A stretch of DNA of 64,000 bases, taken from NCBI GenBank assembly GCA_031370005.1, contig JANMPT010000039.1:17761-81760 (forward strand). Direction: 5' to 3'. The notes beneath the pieces were generated by a model. That model was not told where the DNA came from and did no database searches. It saw only the letters and a program-made list of their open reading frames with translations. The stretch is from Bdellovibrionales bacterium. Lineage in GTDB: Bacteria > Bdellovibrionota > Bdellovibrionia > Bdellovibrionales > Bdellovibrionaceae. This document shows, one piece after another, positions 38,823-49,387 of this stretch. Numbering within the stretch: the first letter of the stretch is position 1; each line of letters opens with the position of its first letter. A program made the position numbers and the translations under genes.

Positions 38823-39314
38823 TTAAGCAGCTTCCCGATGACCAGCAATACCTGACATGCCAGTTAGTTGCTCATGGGAGAATGCAGACACGATGTCGAC
38901 AAGTATGATCACGTGATTGTCGACCTTGCCCATGCCTCGAACAAAGGACATAGTCGTTTCGTTGCCAAGGACAGGAGAAGGCTCTATTTGATTATCCGTC
39001 AAATCCACGACTTCTTTTACTGAATCTACGATCATACCAACTTGGCCGATCTCAGTGTCTAGAACAATAATACAGGTGTCACGTGTATGCTCTTGTGCGC
39101 CCATTCCGAATTTCACCCGTAAGTTAACAACAGGAATTATTTTACCTCGAAGATTCATTACGCCTTTAACATATTCTGGTGTGCGTGGTACTGGAGTGAT
39201 TTCGACGACACGGTTGATTTCTCGTACCGTTTCTATAGGCACTCCATATTGCTCATTTTGCAGTTGGAATGTCAGGTATTGTCCTGCCTTAGCTTTTTTT
39301 GTTAGATCACTCAT
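38823..39314 (-). CDS. cheW: Chemotaxis coupling protein CheW
   Basis: QYLTF, ITPVP, GVMNLRGKIIPV, GMIVD. Confidence 0.95.
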   Translation of the reverse strand: MSDLTKKAKAGQYLTFQLQNEQYGVPIETVREINRVVEITPVPRTPEYVKGVMNLRGKIIPVVNLRVKFGMGAQEHTRDTCIIVLDTEIGQVGMIVDSVKEVVDLTDNQIEPSPVLGNETTMSFVRGMGKVDNHVIILVDIVSAFSHEQLTGMSGIAGHREAA

Positions 39315-39557
39315 CTTTTTGCACCTTTCATATAAATTCGAAATGCCACATGTTCTTTTCGATGGTTTTGGTCGCTTACTTTAGTCAAATTTGATGAATT
39401 CACTTAAAAAGATCCTTATGTCTCAGACCGAATCATATTATTCAAAATTCATCATATTTAAAAAAATACTTTTTAAACAAGATTTTGTTCTAAGTTTAGT
39501 TTTATTTACTTTACCTCGACGAAGGGACATTTTAAGTAATTTCAACACACAGACCCA

Positions 39558-39585
39558 GACAGTTTTTTTATGGTTGAACCGATAA
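39558..39585 (+). promoter_or_regulatory. Putative sigma28/FliA promoter of cheARB
   Basis: ACCGATAA -10 box at 39578-39585, weak -35. Confidence 0.45.
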
Positions 39586-39622
39586 ATGCCTGTGATGTTT
39601 TTATTGAATACAGGAGCTTTGA

Positions 39623-41566
39623 ATGAGTGATGACAACTCTTTTTTCGTAGAACTACAGATGGAATTTTTGAATGAGTCTGCATTTCTTCTTGAATCGTAT
39701 GAAGAGTGCATGATGAGTTTGGAGAACGGCACAAATCCTGCGGAAGACCTTTCTCAGATTTTTCGAGTGGCTCATTCTGTGAAGGGTGGCGCGGCTGCGG
39801 TCGGGTTGCCGGATCTTTGTAAATTTGCTCATGTGATGGAGGACCTTTTATCTGTACTGCGTGCCAGTCCGGAGTTGGTGAACTCTAGTGTGATCTCTTT
39901 GCTTTTACAGTCGGGTGATGAGCTGAAGAAGCGTATTTCTTGTCTGCAAAAAGGTGAGAACAACCCTTGGGATCCGAGTGTTCTCGTAGAGCAGTTAATT
40001 CTGACAAATGAAAGTTTAACAGGAGCTGCTAAGGTCAGCCACAAGACGGTGGCTTCGGCCCCATCGGTGCCAGCAGGCCCTGTAGAAGTAAAAGAGGAAG
40101 CTCCAGATGACTTCTTTGCTAATCGAGAACTAATGGCAGAACTTCTTGGTGAAATGAATCCAGAGGATCGCGCAGCTTATGAAGAAAAAGAATGCAAGCC
40201 TGCGCCGATAGTTGCAGCAATAGCGCCAATATCAGAGCCGCCCGTTTCTGCAATCAAAACTGTTTCTACGTCAATCTCTACATCGAAGGGCCCGCAAAAG
40301 CCACAGAATGTTGTGATCAAGGTGGATACGGGACGGGTTGATTCTGTTCTAGATGCCGTTGGGGAATTGGTAGTTTTGAAAAACCAATTGGTCGACGATG
40401 ATTACATTAAAGCGGGAGGCAACATCCGCCTCGAAGGCATCGTGGATCAGTTGGACAAAGCTGTCCGCGAACTTTATGAAAAAACTCTTAGTATACGTAT
40501 GACGCCGCTGAAATCTCTCTTCGTGAAAATTCAACGGATTGTTCGCGATGTTTCCTTAAACCTAAGCAAACCAGTGGATTTGCAGCTTATCGGCGAGGAG
40601 ACTGAGGTTGAAAGAACAGTTTTTGAATTGCTAGGGGACCCAATGGTGCATTTGGTGAGAAATGCCATGGATCATGGGATTGAGGATAGTCAAACGCGTG
40701 CAGAAAGAAATAAACCAGCAACCGCCAAAGTGACTGTCACTGCAAAACAATCTGGCGGAAATGTGATGATTGATATTATTGACGATGGTGGTGGTATTAA
40801 CCGCGAAAAAGTATTGAAAAAAGCTATTGAGAAAAATTTGATTGCTCCAGGCATAGATCCGAATTCACTGTCTGATGATCAAGTTTTTCAATTTATTTTT
40901 GCTGCGGGTTTTTCTACAGCAGATAAGGTAAGCGATCTTTCGGGTCGTGGTGTGGGGCTGGATGTCGTTCGCTCGAATTTAGAGAAAATCAGCGGTAAAA
41001 TTCATATTTCCTCAAAGCTGGGTCTGGGGACAACTTTTCGTCTGACAATTCCCCTGACTACGGCCATTACAGATGGGATCGTGGTAGCACTTGACGGTGA
41101 AAGATACATTCTTCCAATTCACGCTATTCGTGAAATTGTGCGAGTAATGCCAAAAGACTATACTGAAATTCCAGGAGCTGGAAAAGTAGCAAAGGTCCGT
41201 GAAGTCCTTGTCCCAGTGATCAATATTGGAAACACATTGGGATATATCAGTCGCGATATGAACAGTAAGAGCAAGGGACAAGACGGACAACAACGCAAAG
41301 CAGAGTCGCTGAGTTCGCGTCGTGAAGAAACCATGCTGGTTATTATTGAATCTGCTACAGGTCAAATGGCCTTGCCCGTTGATGATGTTTTAGGTCAAGC
41401 CCAAGTTGTAGTGAAGCCATTGGCGACGGGCCAAAATATTCCTGAAGTTGCAGGGGCCGCTATTCTCGGGGATGGCCGTACTGTTTTGATCTTAGATCCG
41501 ACGATGATCGTAGCAAAAGCTGTTCGCGGAGGTCTCGGCCGCGAACTTAAGGAGCATGCGGCATGA
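39623..41566 (+). CDS. cheA: Chemotaxis histidine kinase CheA
   Basis: FRVAHSVKG Hpt, HLVRNAMDHG, DDGGG, SGRGVGLDVV, C-terminal CheW domain. Confidence 0.97.
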   Translation: MSDDNSFFVELQMEFLNESAFLLESYEECMMSLENGTNPAEDLSQIFRVAHSVKGGAAAVGLPDLCKFAHVMEDLLSVLRASPELVNSSVISLLLQSGDELKKRISCLQKGENNPWDPSVLVEQLILTNESLTGAAKVSHKTVASAPSVPAGPVEVKEEAPDDFFANRELMAELLGEMNPEDRAAYEEKECKPAPIVAAIAPISEPPVSAIKTVSTSISTSKGPQKPQNVVIKVDTGRVDSVLDAVGELVVLKNQLVDDDYIKAGGNIRLEGIVDQLDKAVRELYEKTLSIRMTPLKSLFVKIQRIVRDVSLNLSKPVDLQLIGEETEVERTVFELLGDPMVHLVRNAMDHGIEDSQTRAERNKPATAKVTVTAKQSGGNVMIDIIDDGGGINREKVLKKAIEKNLIAPGIDPNSLSDDQVFQFIFAAGFSTADKVSDLSGRGVGLDVVRSNLEKISGKIHISSKLGLGTTFRLTIPLTTAITDGIVVALDGERYILPIHAIREIVRVMPKDYTEIPGAGKVAKVREVLVPVINIGNTLGYISRDMNSKSKGQDGQQRKAESLSSRREETMLVIIESATGQMALPVDDVLGQAQVVVKPLATGQNIPEVAGAAILGDGRTVLILDPTMIVAKAVRGGLGRELKEHAA

Positions 41567-42450
41567 GCACGGCAAGGAAACTAGACAAGAGCATTAGTAC
41601 ACATAACGTGTTTGAGATGCAAGATTTGGAATTATCGACAAAGACTTACGAGCTCTTTGCGACAAAGATGTATGATATTGCCGGGGTAGATTTGCCATAT
41701 TCGCCGAAGAATCATGCACTTCTAAAAAACCGACTGGTAAAAATTCTTCGAAAGCGCAGTCTGGCGTCCTATGAGCAATACTGGGACCTGCTCAAGAACG
41801 GCTCAACAGAAGTGATCTCAGAGTTCGTTTCGGCTCTTACAACTAATATGACATCTTTTTTCAGGGAGTCTGCGCACTTTGATTTTCTCGAAAGGATTTT
41901 ACCAGAGAAATTTGAGAAAATACCTGAGTTGCGCATTTGGTGTTGTGCAAGTAGTACGGGGCAAGAGCCCTATACGATTGCGATGACTGTGTGCGAGGGG
42001 CTTTCTGAAGCACAATGCTCGCGGGCTAAGATTTTGGCGACAGATATTGATGAGCAAGTTATAAAAAAAGCTTCTATGGGCATTTATGAGGATAAAGACT
42101 TGCAAGCATTAAATCCGATGCTTCGGCAAAAGTATTTTGCCAAAGTCAAAGGCGCTGGAAAGCGCGCGGGCGAAGAGCACTATCAAGCAAAAGATGATAT
42201 TCATAAATTAATTCGTTTTGCATATTTTAATTTAATGAATGAGTCTTATGTTTTCCAACACAAATTCCACATTATTTTCTGTCGAAATGTTTTGATTTAC
42301 TTTGATGAGCCCACCACGAAGCGAGTTATTAGTAACTTGGCCAGTGCTTTGGCTCCAGGCGGATACCTCATTTTAGGTCATTCGGAATCCGGTAATGTGA
42401 AACATACAGAACTTAAGTCGCTCTCTAGAGCGATTTACCAAAAGTTATAG
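41563..42450 (+). CDS. cheR: Chemotaxis methyltransferase CheR
   Basis: LTTNMTSFFRE, SSTGQEPY, FCRNVLIYF, LGHSE. Confidence 0.96.
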   Translation: MSTARKLDKSISTHNVFEMQDLELSTKTYELFATKMYDIAGVDLPYSPKNHALLKNRLVKILRKRSLASYEQYWDLLKNGSTEVISEFVSALTTNMTSFFRESAHFDFLERILPEKFEKIPELRIWCCASSTGQEPYTIAMTVCEGLSEAQCSRAKILATDIDEQVIKKASMGIYEDKDLQALNPMLRQKYFAKVKGAGKRAGEEHYQAKDDIHKLIRFAYFNLMNESYVFQHKFHIIFCRNVLIYFDEPTTKRVISNLASALAPGGYLILGHSESGNVKHTELKSLSRAIYQKL

Positions 42451-42457
42451 GTGATAA

Positions 42458-43516
42458 GTGAGTAAAATACGTGTTCTTATTGTTGATGACTCAGCTGTGA
42501 TCCGCAGGCTTTTGGAAAGGTTTCTTTCGTCTTCGCCTGATATTGAGGTTGTTGGCTCCGCTGCAGATCCCTATATAGCACGTGATAAACTTGTACAGTT
42601 GAAACCAGACGTGATGACTTTGGATGTGGAAATGCCACGGATGGATGGTATTAGCTTTCTTGAAAAAGTGATGCAACACATGCCAATTCGTACGATTATT
42701 TTTTCGAGTCTTGCAAAGACCGGCTCCGAGACTTATTTTCGCGCTCTAGAAGTGGGTGCTATCGAGATTATGGAGAAACCGGCCATTGATGTGTCTCAAT
42801 CCATGCAGTCTTTAGCCGCTGAAATTATTGAAAAAGTCAAAACTGTAGCTCGTGCTCGTCTGACGCCTATTAAAAAAGTGTCAGCTCCTGGAGCTCCTGT
42901 GCAAAAAGCAACGGGCAGTGCTTTGGCTCGCACAACGCACCAATTGATTGCCGTGGCTTCTTCCACAGGTGGGACCGAGGCTTTGAAGGTTTTTCTTGCG
43001 GGCATGCCGGCAAATATTCCAGGGACTTTGGTGGTCCAACATATGCCGCCGGGGTTTACAAAATCTTTTGCAGACAATCTAAATAAGATGTTCCCATTTG
43101 AAGTGAAAGAGGCTCAAGAGGGGGACCAAGTGGTTCCGGGCCGTGTGCTAATTGCTCCGGGTAACTTTCATATGGAACTTTATAGAAATGGTGCCTATTA
43201 CCATGTAAAACTACATCAAGAGGCTCCTCTACACAGTGTCCGCCCTGCGGCTGATTATCTAATGAAATCGGTGGCAAAATTCGTTGGTAAAAATGCTTGC
43301 GGAGTGGTGCTCACTGGAATGGGAAAAGATGGCGCTGAGGGCTTGCTTGAAATGAAAAAAGCCGGTGCTTACACAGTTGCTCAAAATGAAGCGACCTGTG
43401 TGGTTTACGGAATGCCACAAGCGGCCTTTAATCTGGGGGCGACAGATAAGGTCTTGCCTTTGGACAAAATTGCTGGCGATTTGTTACACAGAATAAATGC
43501 GAAGGATGCGGCTTAA
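42458..43516 (+). CDS. cheB: Chemotaxis methylesterase CheB
   Basis: Receiver domain (VDDS, LDVEMP) plus SSTGG, QHMP, LTGMGKDG. Confidence 0.97.
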   Translation: MSKIRVLIVDDSAVIRRLLERFLSSSPDIEVVGSAADPYIARDKLVQLKPDVMTLDVEMPRMDGISFLEKVMQHMPIRTIIFSSLAKTGSETYFRALEVGAIEIMEKPAIDVSQSMQSLAAEIIEKVKTVARARLTPIKKVSAPGAPVQKATGSALARTTHQLIAVASSTGGTEALKVFLAGMPANIPGTLVVQHMPPGFTKSFADNLNKMFPFEVKEAQEGDQVVPGRVLIAPGNFHMELYRNGAYYHVKLHQEAPLHSVRPAADYLMKSVAKFVGKNACGVVLTGMGKDGAEGLLEMKKAGAYTVAQNEATCVVYGMPQAAFNLGATDKVLPLDKIAGDLLHRINAKDAA

Positions 43517-43524
43517 AGTTGCAA

Positions 43525-44715
43525 CTAGTGTTGGACGTCTTGGATTTCTTTGGGCGTTGATTTGCCTTCGAATCGTTTCAGCTGATTTTGCCAGAACAAC
43601 AACAGCGCGCCGGAGACTGAGCAATCAATTTGGGCAAGCTTCAAGGCCAGGGGCAGGGCTTCATTGCGAAGGAAGCCGATTTGGCGACGCTCCCCTTTTC
43701 GCATGTACAAATCGACTCGCAGTAAGTGATGCAACAATTGCAAAGCTTTAAAAAAAGCAGCTTGTTCTTGCTTGAACATACCGAGTTCTTCGCGCAAAAA
43801 GAACTGTAGTCGCTCATCATTTTGGATCTCATCCAAATTCCACGATCCTTCGCCATGATGAGCTTTTAAGAAAGCAAATACAAATGCCGAAAGCAATTCA
43901 GTGGGGTCATCAAAACGAATTCCGCAGGATTTCAGTCGAAGAAGATGAGCTTCAAAAATGATCATTTTTTCATCATCTTTAAAAATTGCATTAAGCCCTG
44001 AAAGTATATTATCAAGTACGCCCAAGTCGTAAAGTTCCATGAAGGCCAGAGTTGGATCTGGCAAGCGGAGGATTTTGAGATATTCCTCTCGCCGACGAGG
44101 TAAAACCGCACGCTTTAACTCCGGCGCGCACTGAACAATGGCGGCTCTCATTTGAGGCTCAATGATGAAATTCAACTTATGAGTTAGGCGTACCGCGCGA
44201 AGGATGCGAATCGGGTCTTCGACAAAACGGGTAACAGAGTCACCAATCATCCGCAGAGTACGGTTTTCGATGTCCTTGAGACCTTCGCAGTAGTCGAGGA
44301 TTTTTTGCTGAACAGGATCATAGAATAAGGCATTGATGGTGAAATCGCGTCTTTTTGCATCTTCCTCGCAAGAGCCAAAGTAATTATCGCCGACGACTTC
44401 GGATTCGCCGTCTTCAAGTTCCTCAGCGCTGACTGTGCGGCGGAAGGTGGCGACCTCAAACTGTTGATCACCACGGCGAACGAGCACTAAGCGAAAGCGC
44501 TTACCAATAACATAGGCATGGGGAATTTTCCGACGCACTTGATTCGGGAGGGCGCTCGTGGCGATATCGAAGTCTTTTGGATGAATACCTGCTAACAAAT
44601 CGCGAACGCAACCGCCGACTAGATAGGTTTCAAAGCCTTCGTCCTGAAGGATGCGCACGATTTCACGGGCATAGGGGTCGATCCAGTCTTCATGTAGTTG
44701 GGGTCTAATATTCAA
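43525..44715 (-). CDS. pcnB: Poly(A) polymerase I
   Basis: VGGCVRD, KDFD, VIGKRFRLVLV (PAP-specific motif), RRDFTINAL, EDPIRILRA. Confidence 0.88.
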   Translation of the reverse strand: MNIRPQLHEDWIDPYAREIVRILQDEGFETYLVGGCVRDLLAGIHPKDFDIATSALPNQVRRKIPHAYVIGKRFRLVLVRRGDQQFEVATFRRTVSAEELEDGESEVVGDNYFGSCEEDAKRRDFTINALFYDPVQQKILDYCEGLKDIENRTLRMIGDSVTRFVEDPIRILRAVRLTHKLNFIIEPQMRAAIVQCAPELKRAVLPRRREEYLKILRLPDPTLAFMELYDLGVLDNILSGLNAIFKDDEKMIIFEAHLLRLKSCGIRFDDPTELLSAFVFAFLKAHHGEGSWNLDEIQNDERLQFFLREELGMFKQEQAAFFKALQLLHHLLRVDLYMRKGERRQIGFLRNEALPLALKLAQIDCSVSGALLLFWQNQLKRFEGKSTPKEIQDVQH

Positions 44716-44813
44716 TACGTACTCACAGGTTTAAGCTCTGAATAAATTCAGCCGGAACTTTTGTTGTAACGGAAGGGCTAGACCCTGTCAAATTTTGAGG
44801 TATAATTCGGCCC

Positions 44814-45605
44814 ATGTCTTACCTTGATTTGTATAATTATCAGATTACGGGTCCAGAAAATGGCCGTCGCTGGGTCTTTGCCCATGGTCTCATGGGTTAT
44901 GGTGCCAACTGGCGCAAAATTATTTCTGGTTTGGAGTCCACGGAACGCGTATTGACCTTTGATCAGCGAGGGCATGGTCGCTCCCAAAAACCTGTCGATG
45001 GCTATGCTCCTGAGGATTATGCTGGGGATATTTTAAAGATCACTGATGAGCTTGGTTGGGACAAATTCATTCTTGTGGGCCATTCTATGGGCGGTAGAAA
45101 CGCTCTAAATTTTGCCTTTCAACATCCGGAAAAAATTATTAAACTTGTGATTGAAGACATTGGACCCGAGGCGGCACCTGACGCTGTTGAGTACTATGAA
45201 AAACTGCTTGGAATGGTGCCAACGCCCTTCCCAAATCGGGAGGCCGCGCGGGCATTTTTTCGAAAGGATTTTTTTTCACAGATCCTTGGGCAGTTTTTGT
45301 ATGCAAACATCGAAGACAAGCCCGACGGAAGTGCAGATTGGCGTTTTTCTAAGCAAGCAATCCTGAAATCGGTGATAAATGGCAGAGCTGAAGATCGCTG
45401 GCGAGAGGTTGAGTCTTTGAAAGTGCAAAGCTTGTGGATACGCGGGGCTCAGTCTGAGGAGTTTAGTCATGAGAGCTTTGAAAAAGTTCTGAGTAGTAAC
45501 AGCTTGATTACGGGCGTCGAAATACCTAATGCGGGGCATTGGGTCCACTCAGATCAAGCGAATTTATTTCTACAGGAGCTGAGGAATTTCGCTGGTGGCT
45601 TTTAG
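44814..45605 (+). CDS. Alpha/beta hydrolase, YbfF-like esterase
   Basis: HGLMG, DQRGHG, GHSMGG, AGHWVH. Confidence 0.85.
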   Translation: MSYLDLYNYQITGPENGRRWVFAHGLMGYGANWRKIISGLESTERVLTFDQRGHGRSQKPVDGYAPEDYAGDILKITDELGWDKFILVGHSMGGRNALNFAFQHPEKIIKLVIEDIGPEAAPDAVEYYEKLLGMVPTPFPNREAARAFFRKDFFSQILGQFLYANIEDKPDGSADWRFSKQAILKSVINGRAEDRWREVESLKVQSLWIRGAQSEEFSHESFEKVLSSNSLITGVEIPNAGHWVHSDQANLFLQELRNFAGGF

Positions 45606-45698
45606 GTCTGACTAAACTGCCTGTTTCTTTGACTTTTCCATAAGTTCTCATTACTTTGGCTTTTTTATGATCTAAATATAGTCCTTTGGAGTAGAACC

Positions 45699-47330
45699 TT
45701 GAATTTTTCTGAGTTTAATCTAGATCCCAGCCTCAAATCCGCTATCAAAAAACTTAATTATGAGGAGTGCACGCCTGTCCAAGAGCTATCGATTCCAGTA
45801 ACCCTTGAGGGTAAAGACGTGGCCGGCCTCGCGCAAACTGGTACAGGCAAAACTGCTGCCTTCTTGCTTCCAATCATGGAAAGAATTTTACGTGCTCGTC
45901 CTTTGGCGCCGGATACATCTGAAGAAATCAAAGCCCTTGCCGCAAAACGCGCCTTCCCTGATTGGAAACCACAAAATTTTATTTTAATCTTAGTTCCCAC
46001 ACGTGAGTTGGCTGAGCAGGTTCATGAAAATGTTGAAAAACTTTCTGAATTCTCTGGGCTGCGCGGTTTTGCCATCTATGGTGGCACTGGCTATGATAAA
46101 CAAAAAGAAGCGCTCAAAAATGGAGTTGAGTTTATCGTCGCGACTCCTGGCCGTTTGATCGATCTTTATAAAGAGCATTTGGTTGATTTAAAGCAGGTTC
46201 GTGCAATCATTTTTGATGAAGCGGATCGTATGTTCGATATGGGTTTCAAAGACGACATGAAGTATATTCTGCAAAGAGTGCCAAAAGAGCGTCAGTTTTT
46301 GGTTTTCAGTGCCACATTGAACTTTGATGTTTTGAATACGGCATATCAATTTGGCGCAGACCCCGTTGAAGTAAATATTAGCCGAGATTCTGCTAAAGCT
46401 GAAAACGTGAAAGATGAAATCTTTCACGTGGGCCAGGATGAGAAAGCTCAATACTTGCTGTCATTATTGAAATTGCATAAGCCACGTCAGGCAATCATCT
46501 TCACGAATTTTAAAGTCAATGTTGAAAAGATCACTCGCTTCTTAAACGATAATGGCATTCCAGCAATGGCGATTTCGAGTCTTTTAACCCAAGTTCAGCG
46601 TACGAAGGTGATGCAGCAGTTTAAAGCAGAGAACGATCTGAATATTCTCGTTGCCACGGATGTCGCAGCTCGCGGTTTGGATGTTCAAGGGGTCGACATG
46701 GTTGTCAACTTCGAGCTTCCAATGGATTGCGAATCTTACGTTCATCGGATTGGTCGTACTGGGCGTGCGGGGGCAGATGGGATTGCATTTAGTCTGGTGA
46801 GTGATCGTGATGTGGACTCTTTGGCTCGTATTGAAGATTATCTGAAACACAAAATTGAAGTCGGTTACCTTGAGGACAATAATTTTATAAAGGATTTTAA
46901 ACCTTTCATTTGGTCGGACTCATCATACTCTCGGCCCTATGAATCTCGCAGTGGTAGTGGCGGCGGGGGCGGTGGCGGCACTGGACGCGGACGCCAAGAC
47001 CGGGGTCCACGTGCAGGCAGCAGTGATCGCCGGAGCCCTCCTCGCACGGCAAGCGCTGGCGAGGCAGGACGTGGCCCTCGTCGTGAAGGGCGAACTGATG
47101 TGCGCAAAGAGGCCTCACACTCTGGGCAGCGCCGTGAAGCTGGTCGCGATCAGCGGCCGGATCAGCGGAGAGGTCGGCCAAAACAAGTATCTCAGGGAAA
47201 CAGCCAAGCTCAGAAGCCACAAGCTCACCATGTACAGCGTGGCCCTAAAAAACCTTATGCTGCGCACGTGGCAAAACAGAAGTCTATTGGTCAAAGAGTT
47301 ACAGGATTCATTAAAAAGCTTTTCAGCTAA
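45699..47330 (+). CDS. DEAD-box RNA helicase (RhlB-like) with Arg/Gly-rich tail
   Basis: AQTGTGKT, PTRELA, DEAD, FSAT, ARGLD, HRIGRTGR. Confidence 0.95.
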   Translation: MNFSEFNLDPSLKSAIKKLNYEECTPVQELSIPVTLEGKDVAGLAQTGTGKTAAFLLPIMERILRARPLAPDTSEEIKALAAKRAFPDWKPQNFILILVPTRELAEQVHENVEKLSEFSGLRGFAIYGGTGYDKQKEALKNGVEFIVATPGRLIDLYKEHLVDLKQVRAIIFDEADRMFDMGFKDDMKYILQRVPKERQFLVFSATLNFDVLNTAYQFGADPVEVNISRDSAKAENVKDEIFHVGQDEKAQYLLSLLKLHKPRQAIIFTNFKVNVEKITRFLNDNGIPAMAISSLLTQVQRTKVMQQFKAENDLNILVATDVAARGLDVQGVDMVVNFELPMDCESYVHRIGRTGRAGADGIAFSLVSDRDVDSLARIEDYLKHKIEVGYLEDNNFIKDFKPFIWSDSSYSRPYESRSGSGGGGGGGTGRGRQDRGPRAGSSDRRSPPRTASAGEAGRGPRREGRTDVRKEASHSGQRREAGRDQRPDQRRGRPKQVSQGNSQAQKPQAHHVQRGPKKPYAAHVAKQKSIGQRVTGFIKKLFS

Positions 47331-47333
47331 TGA

Positions 47334-47981
47334 TCATTCAGGCAGCGATAAACGCTTTATAACGATTTCATTTTTAATTGACTTTGCAATATCGAGGGGT
47401 GTTTTGCCCTCATTGTTGATGATATCTTTTTTAACTCCGGCTTTTAAAAGAATTTCAAGTGTCTTTTCGCTGCCGAATCGAGCGGCTTCGTGCAGAGCGG
47501 TGTCTCCATTTTTATTTTTTGCATTTATTTGTGATGGGGCTTTTTTAACGAGCAGCTCCAGAGTCTTTGTCGCATTTACAGAGGCCGCCATAAAAACCAG
47601 ATTATTTTTGCTCTCGCCCCCCAGAACATTTATTTTTGCTCCGGCATTGATGAGTGCTATCGCAATTTGATCCTGCTCGTTGCCTATAGCCATTGCCAAT
47701 GCGGTATCGCCGATTTCATTTTTAAATTCGAGATTTACTTTTTGCTGAAGGAGATATGTCACAGTGTTTTTTTGGCCGGAAGCCACTGCGCGCATCAAGA
47801 GAGTAAGGCCATGGGAATCTTGCGCGTTCAAGTTGCCTTTTGTGTTTTGGTATTTTTTTAAAGCGATGATATTGCCGGATTCAGCAGCATCAAAAATTTG
47901 TTCAATAGCCAAATTTTTTGCTAGAGCAGGAATTGAAATACTTATTAAAAGTGTTGCCATGAGCGCTTTAAGGGGCAGCAT
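47334..47981 (-). CDS. Secreted ankyrin-repeat protein, probable self-protection inhibitor (Bd3460-like)
   Basis: Signal peptide; GLTLL, GDTAL, GDTALH, GKTPL ankyrin repeats; overlaps dacB-like gene end. Confidence 0.85.
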   Translation of the reverse strand: MLPLKALMATLLISISIPALAKNLAIEQIFDAAESGNIIALKKYQNTKGNLNAQDSHGLTLLMRAVASGQKNTVTYLLQQKVNLEFKNEIGDTALAMAIGNEQDQIAIALINAGAKINVLGGESKNNLVFMAASVNATKTLELLVKKAPSQINAKNKNGDTALHEAARFGSEKTLEILLKAGVKKDIINNEGKTPLDIAKSIKNEIVIKRLSLPE

Positions 47982-49260
47982 AACTTCCTTGTATGGTTTT
48001 AATATCCGTGTCAGCTAAAAACTTCGAATCAATATCGAATGGCAAGAAGGTGGAGGTATTATACTTATCAATGGTATCTTTGCCGCCAAATTTTCCCATC
48101 AGCTGAATTACATCTCGACGGATTTTGTTTCTAGCATTATTCCAATCACTTGGGCCATTGGTTCTATAAAGTATACCAAAATAAACAGGGCCTTGTTCGG
48201 TATTGATCATTCCCGCCAGAGTAATAGCGGGATCGACAGAGCCTGTTTTAGCAACTACGGCTCCCGCTGTTTGGCTACCAGCATAACGATCTCCTAATGT
48301 AGTTCGAGGATCTACTCCTGAGACCGCCATAATGTCCATGAGATCGTATTTATATTTTTGCAGAACGCCGCGTGTAGCACTAATGATTTCAATCAAAGCT
48401 TCACAGCTAGCTTCGTTATAGGTTTTTACCGATCTATCGCTTTCGTCTTTGGCGAAAACTTTATCACCAGAGCCATTTACGAACTGAATATCTGCAGAAC
48501 TTAAATTAAGACGTTTCTTGATGAACTGGGAGAATGCTTCAGTGCCGCCAAGAAAATCAAATAGATGGTCGGCTACATAATTATTGGAGTTGCGATTCAT
48601 TTCTTTTACATAACTATGCAAAGGCGCTGACCGCATAAGGAAGTGCTGGGTGTTATCGGTATATTTATGATCTGTTTTTTTCACGAACTGAATACGAGAG
48701 ATATTCAGATAAGGACTTTGCACCATATTAATTCCGAGTTTTCGGGCCTTCATGCGAGTTGAGTTATACTCAGAGCCGATGAATTTCAACTTTCGGCGCA
48801 GGATAAGAGCTGTATCGTCGGCAGAGGGCTCAATATTTCGACTTGGTCTTTCACGCACAGACCAGAAGACCTTGAAATCCTCATCAAATGAAAGCGTCCG
48901 TATTTTACGAATACCCATACGGCTCAGTTCAGATACTAAAAAGTGAGTCATCTCACGGCCGAAATAGGGGTCCCATCCTCCGCTGAGATGGACGTCGAAC
49001 TCATCTGCGCCTACCAGGGTCACATCGATGCGAGTTTTAAAGCGATATTCAGGCCCTAGAACATCCAGCGCCCAGAAAGAGGTTACGATTTTAGAGACTG
49101 ACGCAAGCTTAAAGCGGTCTTGGAGGTTCACCCCTTGAACCTGGGCTTGTGGTCGATCTGGAAGATAGCACAGGGCATTCATCGAAGTTCTAGCGAAGGC
49201 TGTAGAGAACAGCAGGATGTTTACCAAAAGAGTGGTAAGGAGGATGACGGCGTGATTCAT
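47968..49260 (-). CDS. dacB: DacB/PBP4-like D,D-endopeptidase (S13), Bd3459-like
   Basis: SVSK (SxxK), NSNN (SxN), AKTG; signal peptide from ATG 49260. Confidence 0.88.
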   Translation of the reverse strand: MNHAVILLTTLLVNILLFSTAFARTSMNALCYLPDRPQAQVQGVNLQDRFKLASVSKIVTSFWALDVLGPEYRFKTRIDVTLVGADEFDVHLSGGWDPYFGREMTHFLVSELSRMGIRKIRTLSFDEDFKVFWSVRERPSRNIEPSADDTALILRRKLKFIGSEYNSTRMKARKLGINMVQSPYLNISRIQFVKKTDHKYTDNTQHFLMRSAPLHSYVKEMNRNSNNYVADHLFDFLGGTEAFSQFIKKRLNLSSADIQFVNGSGDKVFAKDESDRSVKTYNEASCEALIEIISATRGVLQKYKYDLMDIMAVSGVDPRTTLGDRYAGSQTAGAVVAKTGSVDPAITLAGMINTEQGPVYFGILYRTNGPSDWNNARNKIRRDVIQLMGKFGGKDTIDKYNTSTFLPFDIDSKFLADTDIKTIQGSYAAP

Positions 49261-49353
49261 GCGTGAGAGCTCTTCACAGAACATGCCATAAATACCTCGA
49301 GTCAAATTAAACTGAAGGGGCGATCAGGTCTTAAAAGACCGCAGCGAAAGCAA

Positions 49354-49376
49354 AATGCGTCACCAGGTGACGCATT
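49354..49376 (-). terminator. Probable intrinsic terminator of the Agl/Glt-like operon (alternatively an operator for dacB)
   Basis: AATGCGTCACC-A-GGTGACGCATT perfect inverted repeat, followed on the minus strand by a T-rich run. Confidence 0.55.
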
Positions 49377-49387
49377 GTTGTCTATGA

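Noticed and set aside
46939..47670. 243-aa plus-strand ORF
   Set aside because: Off-frame shadow of the GC-rich helicase tail and antisense to the ankyrin gene; no motif or RBS
49272..49290. Sigma54-like site upstream of dacB (TGGCAT-N5-GTGA)
   Set aside because: The -12 GC dinucleotide is missing
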